Origin: a virus
Lineage: Duplodnaviria; Caudoviricetes
DNA: 64,000 nt
Virus record (IMG/VR): IMGVR_UViG_3300028887_000117
Span: 2,497-66,496 of that record
Direction: 5' to 3' (one strand)
Part shown: in pieces, positions 1 through 9,080 of the stretch
Layout of the letters: the number at the start of each line of letters is the position of its first letter
Position numbering within the stretch: the stretch's first letter is position 1
The notes under the pieces: generated by a model
Told to the model about the DNA's origin: nothing
The model's database searches: none
Seen by the model: only the letters and a program-made list of their open reading frames with translations
Translations under genes and position numbers: made by a program

Positions 1-34
1 TTTAAAGACCATTAAAGATTAAGGAGATACGCCA

Positions 35-223
35 ATGAACACCGAGACTCTTATGGAAATTGTAAAGAATAGAGCAGATATTAATAACAAGGATGAAAAT
101 AACCCAACAACTCATTCATTCCTATATGAGTTGTATATGGCGCTTGAAAGACTCAAGAAGTATGAGGACTTGATGAAAGAATTAGCAAAGAGCGAAAATA
201 AAAGTGAGGATATAGACCTATGA
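35..223 (+). CDS. hypothetical protein
   Basis: ORF with AAGGAG RBS, TGA stop. Confidence 0.55.
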   Translation: MNTETLMEIVKNRADINNKDENNPTTHSFLYELYMALERLKKYEDLMKELAKSENKSEDIDL

Positions 224-291
224 GATAATTAATCGTGCCGCCTTCGATAATTTGTTGGAGGCGGCGCAGTGTATTTAAGGAGATAGATTAT

Positions 292-546
292 ATGAATAAG
301 ATTTTGCAGCTCAAATACGAGATTAGTAAACTATCAAGAGAATAGAAATTTGAATTAGTAGAAATAATTTTAAAAGATATAAAAGAATAGGATAGAGTTT
401 TTAAGGCTGCTTATCCTATTGTTAAGGCACATTGGGTTGTTAATCCAGACGGCTATTATCTCCAATGTAGTCATTGTATGGAAGAAAATAGTTCAAAAGA
501 AGATATATGCCCTCATTGTGGAGCTATTATGGAGGAAGATAAATAA
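292..546 (+). CDS. small Zn-ribbon protein (2 in-frame TAG read as Gln; absent from ORF track)
   Basis: AAGGAG RBS, ATG 292, C-terminal CSHC...CPHCGAIM motif, TAA overlapping next ATG (TAATG). Confidence 0.7.
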
Positions 547-1148
547 TGGAAGAACTTGAAATTAAAAATGCAAAAATAACAAAAGTATCTTTATCAATGG
601 CAGATTATGGTTGTTTAACTTTCTATATAACCCTTGACGGTGGAGGTTGGGGATGTAACTATGGAGGATATTGTATAGGTAAAGGTTATCTTGGTGCTAA
701 AAGCTTTCGTGGTTCAGAGGCGGGGCTTGAAGTGCTAATGAGAATTATGGATACTGTTGGTGTTGAATGTTGGGAAGATTTAAAAGGACAATATTGTAGA
801 GTTAAAACCGAAGGTTGGGGCGGTAAAATTCTTAGTATTGGAAATATTTTAAAAGATAAATGGTTTGATATAAAAGAGTTTTATAATACCTATAATGAAA
901 CTCATACTTTTGATAATAATGAACTTTTAGATGAAATGGATTTAGAGAAAATCGCTTTAGACTATTCTACTCTTAATTCTTGGGCAGTTCGTTATTATGT
1001 TGATAAATATGAAAATGCTCCATTAAATACTCAACTTACGCCAAGTGGAATTGTATATTCAACTACTGATGGAATTGATACTATTACAAGTTTAGAAGAA
1101 CTCACAGATTATATAAAAGAAACCAAAAGAAAGGAAAAATATAAATGA
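546..1148 (+). CDS. hypothetical phage protein
   Basis: 200-aa ORF translationally coupled to both neighbours. Confidence 0.7.
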   Translation: MEELEIKNAKITKVSLSMADYGCLTFYITLDGGGWGCNYGGYCIGKGYLGAKSFRGSEAGLEVLMRIMDTVGVECWEDLKGQYCRVKTEGWGGKILSIGNILKDKWFDIKEFYNTYNETHTFDNNELLDEMDLEKIALDYSTLNSWAVRYYVDKYENAPLNTQLTPSGIVYSTTDGIDTITSLEELTDYIKETKRKEKYK

Positions 1149-1615
1149 AAATTTTAATTTCCTATTTTTATCAAATAAGATTTTTTAAACCTTATATGAT
1201 ACCTATATCCACTTGTTATAGCGATCCTTCGTGGTTTCACTTAAATAAGGGAAAGTTTTTTCAATACCAAGACAAGAATAAAGTTTGGAATGGAATTAGA
1301 GCAGAAGTGTTTGCCCCAGGCGCAGCTTGTGAGGGTTTATGTCACGGACCTAGTATGTGCAATTCTAAAGAAAACTGCGAATTTTTAAAAACTTATTATA
1401 ATCAGCTTAAATCCTTAGAGTTTTCCTCTATACTTCAGCGCTTTAAAGTATTAGGAGAAAAAGTTAAAGCTGCTAGTGACTTTGAGGAAGAGCCAGTTTA
1501 TGTATTGATCGTATATGAAACACCAACTAATCCGTGTTCTGAACGAATACCTCTACAAAAGTGGTTTAAAGAAAATGGATATGAATTAAAAGAGTTTAAT
1601 AAGGAGGACTTTTAA
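1145..1615 (+). CDS. hypothetical protein, possibly DUF488-like
   Basis: ORF; ISYF N-terminus and CH...E C-terminal pattern reminiscent of DUF488 (recognition only). Confidence 0.45.
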   Translation: MKILISYFYQIRFFKPYMIPISTCYSDPSWFHLNKGKFFQYQDKNKVWNGIRAEVFAPGAACEGLCHGPSMCNSKENCEFLKTYYNQLKSLEFSSILQRFKVLGEKVKAASDFEEEPVYVLIVYETPTNPCSERIPLQKWFKENGYELKEFNKEDF

Positions 1616-1878
1616 TGTATACACCTGTACAAATAGTATTAATAAAATTTTTTCGTTGGATAATTAAGTATAGCTTTTGGTTCTTTTGGTGTGTAGTATT
1701 GGCTTTAATTAGTAGTAAGATTTTTGGATATAATTTTGAGAAGATACAAGGTCTTGGATTGTTTATGGCTTGGGTATTATTGAAAGCTGCTATCCCTGTG
1801 CCACAGGTAACTTCACCAAGAATTGTAATGAAAGTTCCTAAAGTTGAAGATTTGGAAAAGGAAGAAGAAGAAAAATAA
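1615..1878 (+). CDS. small membrane protein
   Basis: two hydrophobic segments, acidic tail. Confidence 0.6.
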   Translation: MYTPVQIVLIKFFRWIIKYSFWFFWCVVLALISSKIFGYNFEKIQGLGLFMAWVLLKAAIPVPQVTSPRIVMKVPKVEDLEKEEEEK

Positions 1879-1918
1879 TTGACTTTTTAAAAAATTTTTA
1901 TTATAATATATATAGAAA
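1879..1918 (+). promoter_or_regulatory. representative of a repeated sigmaA-type early promoter (TTGACTTTTT-A/T tracts-TATAATATATATAGAAAA)
   Basis: TTGACT 1879, 17 bp, TATAAT 1902; near-identical copies near 5890, 5975, 7560, 8420, 11238, 12403, 13346, 19183, 20200, 20461, 21992, 24720, 25080, 25965, 27843, 31288, 32102, 33679. Confidence 0.85.
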
Positions 1919-1971
1919 ATAAAAACTACGACATAATGAGTTTCCCTTTTGGTTTAGAATTATGTAAATAT

Positions 1972-2042
1972 TTCTGTGTAGTGTAATGGTAGCACTTGAG
2001 ATTCTGGCTCTCACGGTAGAGGTTCGAGTCCTTTCACAGAAG
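1972..2042 (+). tRNA. tRNA-Gln(CTG)
   Basis: cloverleaf; TGAGA-TTCTGGC-TCTCA anticodon arm; TTCGAGT T-loop. Confidence 0.9.
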
Positions 2043-2046
2043 TTAT

Positions 2047-2120
2047 TTCGGATTAGTGTAGTGGTAGCACTTGAGATTTTGGCTCTCACAGCAGAGGTTC
2101 AAATCCTCTATCCGAAGCCA
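2047..2120 (+). tRNA. tRNA-Gln(TTG)
   Basis: cloverleaf, encoded CCA; D/anticodon arms nearly identical to the preceding tRNA-Gln. Confidence 0.9.
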
Positions 2121-2122
2121 AT

Positions 2123-2193
2123 GCACCTATCGTATAATGGTAGTATTCTTGCCCTCCAAGCAAGGGGTGCCCGTTCGAATCGGGTTAGGTGCT
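2123..2193 (+). tRNA. tRNA-Gly(TCC)
   Basis: CTTGC-CCTCCAA-GCAAG arm (C at position 33 instead of U). Confidence 0.85.
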
Positions 2194-2220
2194 TTATCTT
2201 AAAAGAAAGAAGGTTTTTGC

Positions 2221-3075
2221 TTGAAAAATTTTACTATATCTAATAATCTTAAAAATCAAATTATAGATAATATAGTAGATTTTTTAGAGAAAGTTAGTAA
2301 AGTAGAAGATGGAGAACTTTGTGTACCTTATCCAGAGGATGCGTTTTATGAGGAAGATTGTCCTATTTATACTTCTTTCTTTACAAAGGATAAAGGAAAG
2401 AAAACTAAATGGACATTTCATTATGGTGCAACTAAAATGGTTTTTGTACCTAATCATTATAACTTTGTTATAAAGATACCTTTTAATTGTGGCGGAGAGT
2501 TTTTATGTGGCGGCGATGATATTGCAGGTTGTTATGTAAATAGAATACTCTTTCCATATGAGAGGGCAATTGACAAAGACGATAAAGATGATTGGAATTA
2601 TTGCAAAGTTGAGGAAAAACTTTATAAAAAAGCAATAGAAAATAAGGTTGACAAGTTTTTTGCAGGAACTTATTTCTTTAAGAATATCAAAGTAAATGAA
2701 GAAATTTATCCTATTTATATTAGTGAAAAAGTTGAGCAGAATAATGGAATACTTTATGACACTTATCATTCTAATAAAGAAGAGTGTAATAAAATGTATA
2801 GACATTATAAAGCTAATACTAAATATGAATGTTGGGGAGTATCTGATGAAGCTTTACTTTTACTTTCTAAAAAGTATAGAGAGAGTGAGATTTGGAGACT
2901 ACTTGAATTTATTAGGAATTTTGGTATAACTGATTTGACTAATAGAAATTGTGGTTTTACTTCTGATGGTAGATTAGTAATCCTTGATTATAGTGGATAT
3001 AATGAGATTGATGATTACTATGATGACTATTATGAGTGTGAAGAAGAAGAGTATGAAGAGGAAGAAGAATATTAA
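2221..3075 (+). CDS. protein-kinase-like fold protein, paralog of 9081..9794
   Basis: GATKMV, VIKIP, DLTNRNCG, ILDYSG motifs; acidic tail. Confidence 0.6.
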   Translation: MKNFTISNNLKNQIIDNIVDFLEKVSKVEDGELCVPYPEDAFYEEDCPIYTSFFTKDKGKKTKWTFHYGATKMVFVPNHYNFVIKIPFNCGGEFLCGGDDIAGCYVNRILFPYERAIDKDDKDDWNYCKVEEKLYKKAIENKVDKFFAGTYFFKNIKVNEEIYPIYISEKVEQNNGILYDTYHSNKEECNKMYRHYKANTKYECWGVSDEALLLLSKKYRESEIWRLLEFIRNFGITDLTNRNCGFTSDGRLVILDYSGYNEIDDYYDDYYECEEEEYEEEEEY

Positions 3076-3082
3076 ATAATAA

Positions 3083-3203
3083 GTGTCGGTGAACAAGTAT
3101 TAAAAGTTGGCAAGACAATAGCGACCTCGTCCGTGGAACGTGATGTGTGAACTTAAACGAAATCCATAGAGGAAACGGTAGGTTGAAACTACTACCACGA
3201 CAC
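3083..3203 (+). ncRNA. candidate structured RNA upstream of tRNA-Phe
   Basis: closing helix GTGTC-GTG/CAC-GACAC, internal hairpin GGTAG-GTTGAAA-CTACT, no ORF. Confidence 0.35.
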
Positions 3204-3216
3204 TTTATATAAATTT

Positions 3217-3292
3217 GGACAGGTAGCTCCAATGGTAGAGCAGGGGCCTGAAGAGCCTCGTGTTGGGAGTTCAAGTCTCCCCTTGCCCACCA
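3217..3292 (+). tRNA. tRNA-Phe(GAA)
   Basis: cloverleaf with CCA. Confidence 0.9.
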
Positions 3293-3357
3293 CCATAATA
3301 GTATTTCCGTGAGGAAACTCACCCTCAGCCCGTTAGAGGTTAAATGGCGGGACACTT

Positions 3358-3430
3358 GCAGGTGTAGCCCAATGGCAGAGGCAGTAGTCTTAGAAGCTAC
3401 TCAGTGGAAGTTCGAGTCTTCTCACCTGTA
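3358..3430 (+). tRNA. tRNA-Leu(TAG), short variable loop
   Basis: GTAGT-CTTAGAA-GCTAC arm, 5-nt variable loop, A73. Confidence 0.85.
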
Positions 3431-3446
3431 TTCAGGAGGAATAAAT

Positions 3447-4196
3447 ATGATAGGAATTTATAAAATTACTAATAAAACTAATGGGAAAGTTTATATTGGT
3501 TAGAGTTCTAATATAGAATAGCGTTGGAAAAGACATCAACAAGTTCCTTATAATCCTAATAGTGAACAATATGAATATCCTCTTTATCGAGCAATTAGAA
3601 AATATAGTCTAAATAATTTTAATTTTGAAATTATAGAAGAATGTTCAAAAGCAGAATTAAATGATAAAGAAATATATTGGATACAATATTATGACATCTG
3701 TAGTCCAAAAAAAGGATATAACTTATCAACGGGAGGATCTGGAAATCATTTTGGAAAATTAAATTATGATACATTAAAACAAGTAATAGATTTAATTAAA
3801 AATTCTAATATAGAACTTAAAGATATTGCCAATAAGTTTAATATTTCGCTAATTTCAATCAAAGATATAAATTAGGGACATAGTTATTATAATGAAAAAG
3901 AAAAATATCCTTTAAGATAGACAAAAAATATAAAATATTATTGTCCTTTATGTGGAACAGAAGTATCTTCAGAGGGAAGAAAATGTGTTAAATGTTTTGC
4001 TTTATCTTAGAGGATAGTAGAAAGACCCAATAGAGAAGAGCTAAAATATCTTATTCGTACATTACCTTTTACTCAAATAGGCAAAAAATATGGAGTTTCT
4101 GATAATGCAATAAGAAAATGGTGTATTATAGAAAATTTACCTAAAACAAAAAAGGAAATAAATCAATATACAGAGGAAGAGTGGGAGAAAATTTAA
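3447..4196 (+). CDS. GIY-YIG homing endonuclease (5 in-frame TAG=Gln)
   Basis: AGGAGG RBS; MIGIYKITN..YIG*S, CxxC..CxxC and C-terminal HTH-like region; single open frame to TAA if TAG is read through. Confidence 0.9.
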
Positions 4197-4207
4197 TCTC
4201 CCCATAT

Positions 4208-4282
4208 GCGCCAATAGTTTAATGGTAAAACAACGCACTTTTAATGCGTGAGACGTGATGGGTTCAAGTCCCTCTTGGCGTA
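4208..4282 (+). tRNA. tRNA-Lys(TTT)
   Basis: ACGCA-CTTTTAA-TGCGT arm. Confidence 0.88.
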
Positions 4283-4289
4283 TTTATCT

Positions 4290-4380
4290 GGAGTTGTAAG
4301 CCTAATTTGGTAAGGCAGGAGATTGCTAATCTCTGAGTAACCGTTTCGACGGCGTGCTGGTTCAAGTCCAGTCAACTTCG
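4290..4380 (+). tRNA. tRNA-Ser(GCT)
   Basis: anticodon loop TTGCTAA, long variable arm, G73. Confidence 0.88.
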
Positions 4381-4409
4381 TTAAGTTAAAATTTAAAGGA
4401 GGAATTATA

Positions 4410-4526
4410 ATGTTACTTCTTGGTATAGGTTTTATTGTTGGTGGATTTGTAGGTATATTCTATTCGGCGCTTTGTAGTGCGGCAAAGCAAGGAGATAAAG
4501 ATATAGGGATAGAAGATGATAAGTAA
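4410..4526 (+). CDS. 38-aa membrane peptide, DUF3789-like
   Basis: AGGAGG RBS; MLLLGIGFIVGGFVGIFYSALCSAAK pattern. Confidence 0.6.
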   Translation: MLLLGIGFIVGGFVGIFYSALCSAAKQGDKDIGIEDDK

Positions 4527-4532
4527 TTATAT

Positions 4533-4616
4533 GCCGTAGTCGCTCAGTTGGTGGAGCAGCAGTCTTGAAAACTGCCAGCCTGAAAGGGTATGTAGGTTCG
4601 AATCCTATCTGCGGCG
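4533..4616 (+). tRNA. tRNA-Ser(TGA)
   Basis: GCAGT-CTTGAAA-ACTGC arm, long variable arm. Confidence 0.9.
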
Positions 4617-4628
4617 TTAATTAAATAT

Positions 4629-4700
4629 GCTGGGCATAGTGTAATGGAAGCACGACAGATTGTGGCTCTGTTAGTGGTCGTTCAAATCGACCTGTTCAGA
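4629..4700 (+). tRNA. tRNA-His(GTG)
   Basis: ACAGA-TTGTGGC-TCTGT arm, G-1 present. Confidence 0.85.
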
Positions 4701-4705
4701 TTTAT

Positions 4706-4779
4706 CGAGGATGTAGTGTAAGGGGAGCACGCCACTTTTGGGAAGTGGAAGAGCCGTTCAAATCGGACATCTTCGACCA
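4706..4779 (+). tRNA. tRNA-Pro(TGG)
   Basis: CCACT-TTTGGGA-AGTGG arm, CCA. Confidence 0.88.
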
Positions 4780-4796
4780 TTTTAGGGGGAATTGAA

Positions 4797-5081
4797 ATGA
4801 AGATTTATAGATATGAACACCCAGACGGTGGTGGTCCATATTGTAGTTTTTATGGATACCCAAGAGATATGAAGGTGCATTTTCCTATTGATACATCATA
4901 TCTTTATGGGTGTAAATCTATTGAAGAACTTTATAAATACTTTGAAAATCATTAGGACTTGGTAAAGGATTGTAAGATTTTTGTTTATGACGTGCCTGAT
5001 GATGAAGTGAAGATTAACGAGGTTCAAGTACAATTCCCTAAAAAGTATTATAAAAATAAAAAGGAGTATAAAGGATAGTGA
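4797..5081 (+). CDS. hypothetical protein (2 in-frame TAG; absent from ORF track)
   Basis: GGGGG RBS, MKIYRYEHPDGGGPY..., ends TAG-TGA just before next gene. Confidence 0.65.
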
Positions 5082-5087
5082 GTTAAA

Positions 5088-5588
5088 ATGGAAAAGTTAT
5101 TTACCCGTGGTAATGGACAAAAAGTTAATTACAATCAAATGATTAAAGTAATTGCAGATTATATTAAGAAAGATTTAAAAGCAGAATATGACATTACTAT
5201 TGGTACAGATAGCCAGACACATAGTGAGTCTAAAATAGTTGAGGTAATCGCTGTACATAAAGTTGGAGACGGCGGCATCTTCTTCTACCATAGCGAATAT
5301 AGAGAGAGATTTAGAGCATTAAAGGAAAAGATAGTAGAGGAAACATCAAGAAGCCTTGAAAATGCGAATGGATTTTTAGACAATATTGAGTTACTTTTAC
5401 TTGATGAAGATATTGATATAGAAAAGTTAAACCTAAATTTCCATATCCATTGTGATATTGGACATAAAGGCAAAACAAAAGAGTTAATTAAGGAGATAAC
5501 TAACTGGGTTGAATCTTTAGGCTATGATTGCTTAATTAAGCCAGAGAGTTATACTGCTTCTGGTATTGCAAATAGATTTAGTAAGTAA
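5088..5588 (+). CDS. RNase H-like YkuK/DUF458 family protein
   Basis: IGTDSQ, EE..S, HCDIG..GKT, KPESY.AS..A motifs. Confidence 0.75.
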   Translation: MEKLFTRGNGQKVNYNQMIKVIADYIKKDLKAEYDITIGTDSQTHSESKIVEVIAVHKVGDGGIFFYHSEYRERFRALKEKIVEETSRSLENANGFLDNIELLLLDEDIDIEKLNLNFHIHCDIGHKGKTKELIKEITNWVESLGYDCLIKPESYTASGIANRFSK

Positions 5589-5602
5589 AGGAGAAATTTA
5601 GA

Positions 5603-5770
5603 ATGGTATTTTTAAGACAGATGCTTATATTGTTTCCGCTTTTTATTGCTATGAGGCTTATAGCGGAAAAGATTTCTAAAATTGATAAAGAAATAAGAGA
5701 TAGAGTAATTTATTACTTTGGAGTTATAGCCTTTTTATTGGGAGGACTATTTAAAATGATAGTGAAGTAA
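5603..5770 (+). CDS. small membrane protein
   Basis: AAGGAG RBS, 55 codons, hydrophobic. Confidence 0.5.
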   Translation: MVFLRQMLILFPLFIAMRLIAEKISKIDKEIRDRVIYYFGVIAFLLGGLFKMIVK

Positions 5771-5775
5771 AAGGT

Positions 5776-5872
5776 TTACGTAGACGCCTTCGGCGGGTGC
5801 CGCCCTCGCGACCTAATGCAAGGGGATCAGATGCTGCCCGCGGCCCTCGCTGGAAGCGTCAAGGTAAACAGA
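5776..5872 (+). repeat. GC-rich dispersed REP-like element (two modules)
   Basis: TTACGTAGACGCCTWCGGCG.G.GCCGC also at 9795-9827 (+) and 37388-37415 (-); GATGCTG..CCTCGCTGGAAGCGTCAAGGTAAACAGA also at 16761-16803. Confidence 0.75.
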
Positions 5873-6046
5873 ACAGGGTAATAAAATATTTGACTTTTTA
5901 AAAAAATTTTATTATAATATATATAGAAAAGTTAAGAGAAATTAAACTTTGAGAAATCAATACCAATAAAATATTTGACTTTTCTAAAAATTTTTGTTAT
6001 AATAAATATAGAAAAGTTGAGAAAGAAAAATTTCTCAACTTAATAT

Positions 6047-6120
6047 GGCGGAGTGGAGCAGGTGGTAGCTCGTCGGGTTCATATCCCGAAGGTCGCAGGT
6101 TCGAGTCCTGCCTCTCGCAA
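6047..6120 (+). tRNA. tRNA-fMet(CAT)
   Basis: three G-C pairs in anticodon stem (TCGGG-TTCATAT-CCCGA), unpaired position 1; irregular acceptor stem. Confidence 0.8.
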
Positions 6121-6280
6121 TAACCGTTAACATTGGGTTTAAAGTTTTGCACCAGCTATATTAGATGATAGCCAACGGAGAAAACGGTATAGAAAGAAGT
6201 CAGGGGAAAACTTATTATTGACGCTAGCAGTAGCTAGTGTCATATGCACGAGTGGTGGAATGGGCAGACACAAGGGACTT

Positions 6281-7049
6281 TGGTGTGTTCTGTCATCATC
6301 AGATGACACTATTGGAAACAATAGAGAGTGCTCTAAGGGAAACCTTAGAAGTAGAAGGTTGCTAATTCGGCGAAGGCGAACACAGAACGCCGAGCAAGGA
6401 TTTTAGGTAGACGGAAGTTTTAGAGTATTTTCTATGTTTTCCTACTTATAATTGAGGTGAGGAAAATGTAGAAATATACAAAAGAATGGTTACAAGAACT
6501 TTGTGCTAGTAGTTATTCTTATGCTGAAGTCTTACGAAAAGCTGGTCGCAAAGTAAGCGGCGGCGCACAACAAACCTTAAAGAAGAAAATCGAAGAATTT
6601 GGAATTGATGTAAGTCATTTTACTGGTCAGCGTTGGCAACAATCACCAAATGCACCAGATAAAACAGGTTCAAGAGAGAAGTATTCTATTGAAGAAGTTT
6701 TTGTAAAAGATAGTCCAGTAACTCAAAAGATAATGAGAGGGTATGTAGAAAGACATAATCTTATACCTTATCGTTGTGATTGTTGTGGCTGTGATGGTCA
6801 TTGGCAAGGAGGAGAAATTTCATTAGAAATTGACCATATTGACGGAGATAATAATAATAATGAATTATCAAATCTTCGTTATTTATGTCCAAATTGTCAC
6901 GCTCTTACTGAAACTTATCGAGGAAAAAATAAGCACCTAAAATCTATGTGTAGAGACTGTACACAACCAACCTAAGTCGTTAAGATATGGTTAAGACTCA
7001 GTCCAGACTACAACACTTTTTAGTGGCTATGGCGACATAGAGTAGTAAG
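6281..7049 (+). mobile_element. group I intron in the tRNA-Leu anticodon
   Basis: U before 5' splice site, terminal G, core-like segments GCTAATTCGGCGAA / AACGCCGAGC / TGTAGAGACT / AAGACTCAGTCC, GAAA-capped peripheral hairpins. Confidence 0.85.
6466..6975 (+). CDS. intron-encoded HNH homing endonuclease (codon 2 is TAG)
   Basis: GAGGTGAGG RBS; M*KYTKEWLQELC...; CDCC..LEIDHIDG..N..L.NLRYLCPNCH. Confidence 0.88.
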
Positions 7050-7180
7050 AAAATCCCTCGGTAGAGATACCGTACGAGTTCAAGTCTCGTCTCGTGCACC
7101 AGCCGACTTGTCAATGTCGATAAACTTGGCTGACTTGTCAATGTCAATAAACTTGGTGAGTGAAGAAGCCACTCGAAAAA

Positions 7181-7259
7181 GTTGAAGTTATCTGTGTGGG
7201 GTTCGAGTCCCTCTCTGCCGAAGGGCGGAGCGTCGATTGGTAGATGGCGGAGCTTCAGC
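7181..7259 (+). ncRNA. YrlA-like permuted tRNA-mimic RNA
   Basis: order stem - T-arm (TTCGAGT loop) - 7-bp acceptor-like helix closed by GAAG - D-like arm with GG - stem; GTTGAAG pairs with CTTCAGC. Confidence 0.6.
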
Positions 7260-7378
7260 GGAAGTCGTATTCCCTCAGTGCGCTGGGCTGGCGTGTTATG
7301 ATCTGTAAATGGAACAGACCACTAAAAGCCATCTGTGGTGTTCCGAAGCACACGTAGGGATTGCCGTGTGCACTATAT

Positions 7379-7451
7379 GCTCCCGTCGACAAGCGGTACA
7401 AGTCACTGCCCTTTCACGGCAGAGTCACGGGTTCGAATCCCGTCGGGAGTA
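7379..7451 (+). tRNA. tRNA-Glu(TTC)
   Basis: CTGCC-CTTTCAC-GGCAG arm. Confidence 0.9.
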
Positions 7452-7457
7452 TTATAA

Positions 7458-7529
7458 CGCCCATTAGTCAAGTGGCAAAGACGCTGCCCTCTCACGGCAG
7501 AGACATCAGTTCGACTCTGGTATGGGTGA
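7458..7529 (+). tRNA. tRNA-Glu(CTC)
   Basis: CTGCC-CTCTCAC-GGCAG arm. Confidence 0.88.
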
Positions 7530-7609
7530 TTTAAAGTCAAGACAATACCAGTTAAAAACTTGACTTTTTAAAAAATTTTTGCTATAATAATTATAGTAAA
7601 GTTAAGAAA

Positions 7610-8219
7610 CTTGAAAACTTAATAAAAATTTATTGTAACCTTGTGTAGAGGGCTTAATCAGCCTTGCAAGGGTGCTTTGGAACTGTTTAGTATTCAATAA
7701 TTGGGATACTTATTATTGGGTGCTATCATTGAACTGAAAAGGGATATGAGAAGAGTTAGGAATAATTCAACAAAGAAGAAGTAGCGCAAGTACAATATCA
7801 ACTATAAGGTGAGCTTAGCTGGTTCTCTCCGTAATAGACGCCTCGGTGAGGAATAACCCAACAGACCACGGACTTGCAATCTGTGAGCAAATATTGGGAA
7901 CGCTAAAATAAGGGGAGTTGGTCTACAACGTAAATAGAAATATTTGCGGAACCAGACGGCGGCACGAGTAGCCTAAGACCACACTACATTAGAAAATGAT
8001 GAGTGTTTATTTGGAAAACATTAATATTCTTCTGAATGATAGGTGAAAGTTGGAGGTAGATAAATTCCTCTTAATGCTTTGAGAGTTTTATTCTACGGTA
8101 AGAACTTCGCATCGACGGGTGTTGGGGTCAGACTTATCGTCATTGTGACCGAATAATAACAGTATTGTATGAGTATGGGGATTAAGAAGCCAACAATAAG
8201 TTTTTATTAAGTTTTCAAG
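7610..8219 (+). ncRNA. about 610-nt large structured RNA, ROOL/GOLLD-like
   Basis: own promoter at 7560; 27-bp terminal helix (7610-7636 with 8193-8219); no ORF; next to tRNAs; downstream terminator-like hairpins. Confidence 0.65.
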
Positions 8220-8479
8220 AGAAAACTTAAGCTAGGTATTTTCAGCGTAGCATAAAAACTTTTGGCACGAAAAGGCTCATAGGAGTTCTTTGGCATGATA
8301 AAGTTTTTGTAAGGGAAGCGTTGCGATGTCTTCCCTATTTTTTTTAGAGGAAAAAAACGAATTAAGGTTTTTATAAGGGTGGCGTTGCGACGTTGCCCTA
8401 ATTTTTTTTATAATTTTATTGACTTTTAAAAAATTTTTTGATATAATATATATAGAAAAGAAAGAAAAGAGGTCGAATT

Positions 8480-8770
8480 ATGGCTGTAAAAGTTACTAAT
8501 GAATTAATTGAGCAAATGGTTGAACTTTATAATAAGCTTGGTACTTACGCTGCCGTAGCAAGAGAGATTGGAGTTTCTGCCTCTACTTGTAGTAAATACA
8601 TAAAGGCGGCACTGAGTGAAGAGAAGAATAAGGTAGAAGCAAAGAAGAATTATATTGCTTTTGATAAGGAGATTAAACCAATAGAGGAAATTAAAGTTGA
8701 ATGGGAAGATATCTGTTGGTTAAGTCCTGAGGAAGTTAAGGATATTGAAGATTTGTGGAAGGAGATTTAA
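8480..8770 (+). CDS. HTH DNA-binding protein
   Basis: TYAAVAREIGVSASTCSKYI helix-turn-helix. Confidence 0.65.
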   Translation: MAVKVTNELIEQMVELYNKLGTYAAVAREIGVSASTCSKYIKAALSEEKNKVEAKKNYIAFDKEIKPIEEIKVEWEDICWLSPEEVKDIEDLWKEI

Positions 8771-8771
8771 T

Positions 8772-9080
8772 ATGTTGGCTTTTAGTTTAGTTGAGTCACC
8801 TTGTCACGAGGGAAAATATTTTATTGCTTTTGATAGTGAGAAATGCGATAAAGTAAAAATTGGAGTAAAAGGTGGAAGTTTTGCAGTTGTTGGTGCAAGA
8901 CTTTTCGGTTTTGGATATAAAGATTATTTAAAAATGTGTAGAGATGTATATGGTGCTGAGTTGTTCGGTAGGGGCACTAGATATGTCATTGCACTTTGGA
9001 GTAAGAAAGATTGGAATAAAGGAATTGAACTTGTTAAGGAGTTAAATAGAAGACTTAATTATGTACTGAAAGAAGGGTAA
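8772..9080 (+). CDS. hypothetical protein
   Basis: GGAG RBS before ATG 8772. Confidence 0.6.
   Translation: MLAFSLVESPCHEGKYFIAFDSEKCDKVKIGVKGGSFAVVGARLFGFGYKDYLKMCRDVYGAELFGRGTRYVIALWSKKDWNKGIELVKELNRRLNYVLKEG

Larger units (their letters stand above)
6246..7101 (+). tRNA. tRNA-Leu(TAA) split by a group I intron (exons 6246-6280 and 7050-7101)
   Basis: joined exons give AGGGA-CTTAAAA-TCCCT arm, long variable arm, T-arm and CCA. Confidence 0.9.

Noticed and set aside
1901-3503. Track ORFs 1901..2089, 1986..2243, 2957..3355 and the 5' part of 3309..3503; likewise 6218..6406, 23408..23593, 27182..27379
   Set aside because: Overlap tRNA or intron sequence, no RBS; chance frames in GC-richer RNA genes
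3504-4196. GIY-YIG, HNH and 61.9-64 kb genes as pseudogenes
   Set aside because: All interruptions are TAG only, with no frameshifts, TAA or TGA, and motifs are intact, which fits recoding rather than decay
7102-7160. HDV-like theta ribozymes at tRNA 3' ends (checked after Leu, Ile, Ala, Asn, Tyr)
   Set aside because: Could not build P1/P3/P1.1 nested topology by eye; a descriptor search would be needed to exclude them fully
7224-7262. tRNA-Sec (CTTCA after a GG-containing D-like arm)
   Set aside because: CTTCAGC pairs with upstream GTTGAAG instead of forming an anticodon loop, and the T-arm lies 5' of the D-arm
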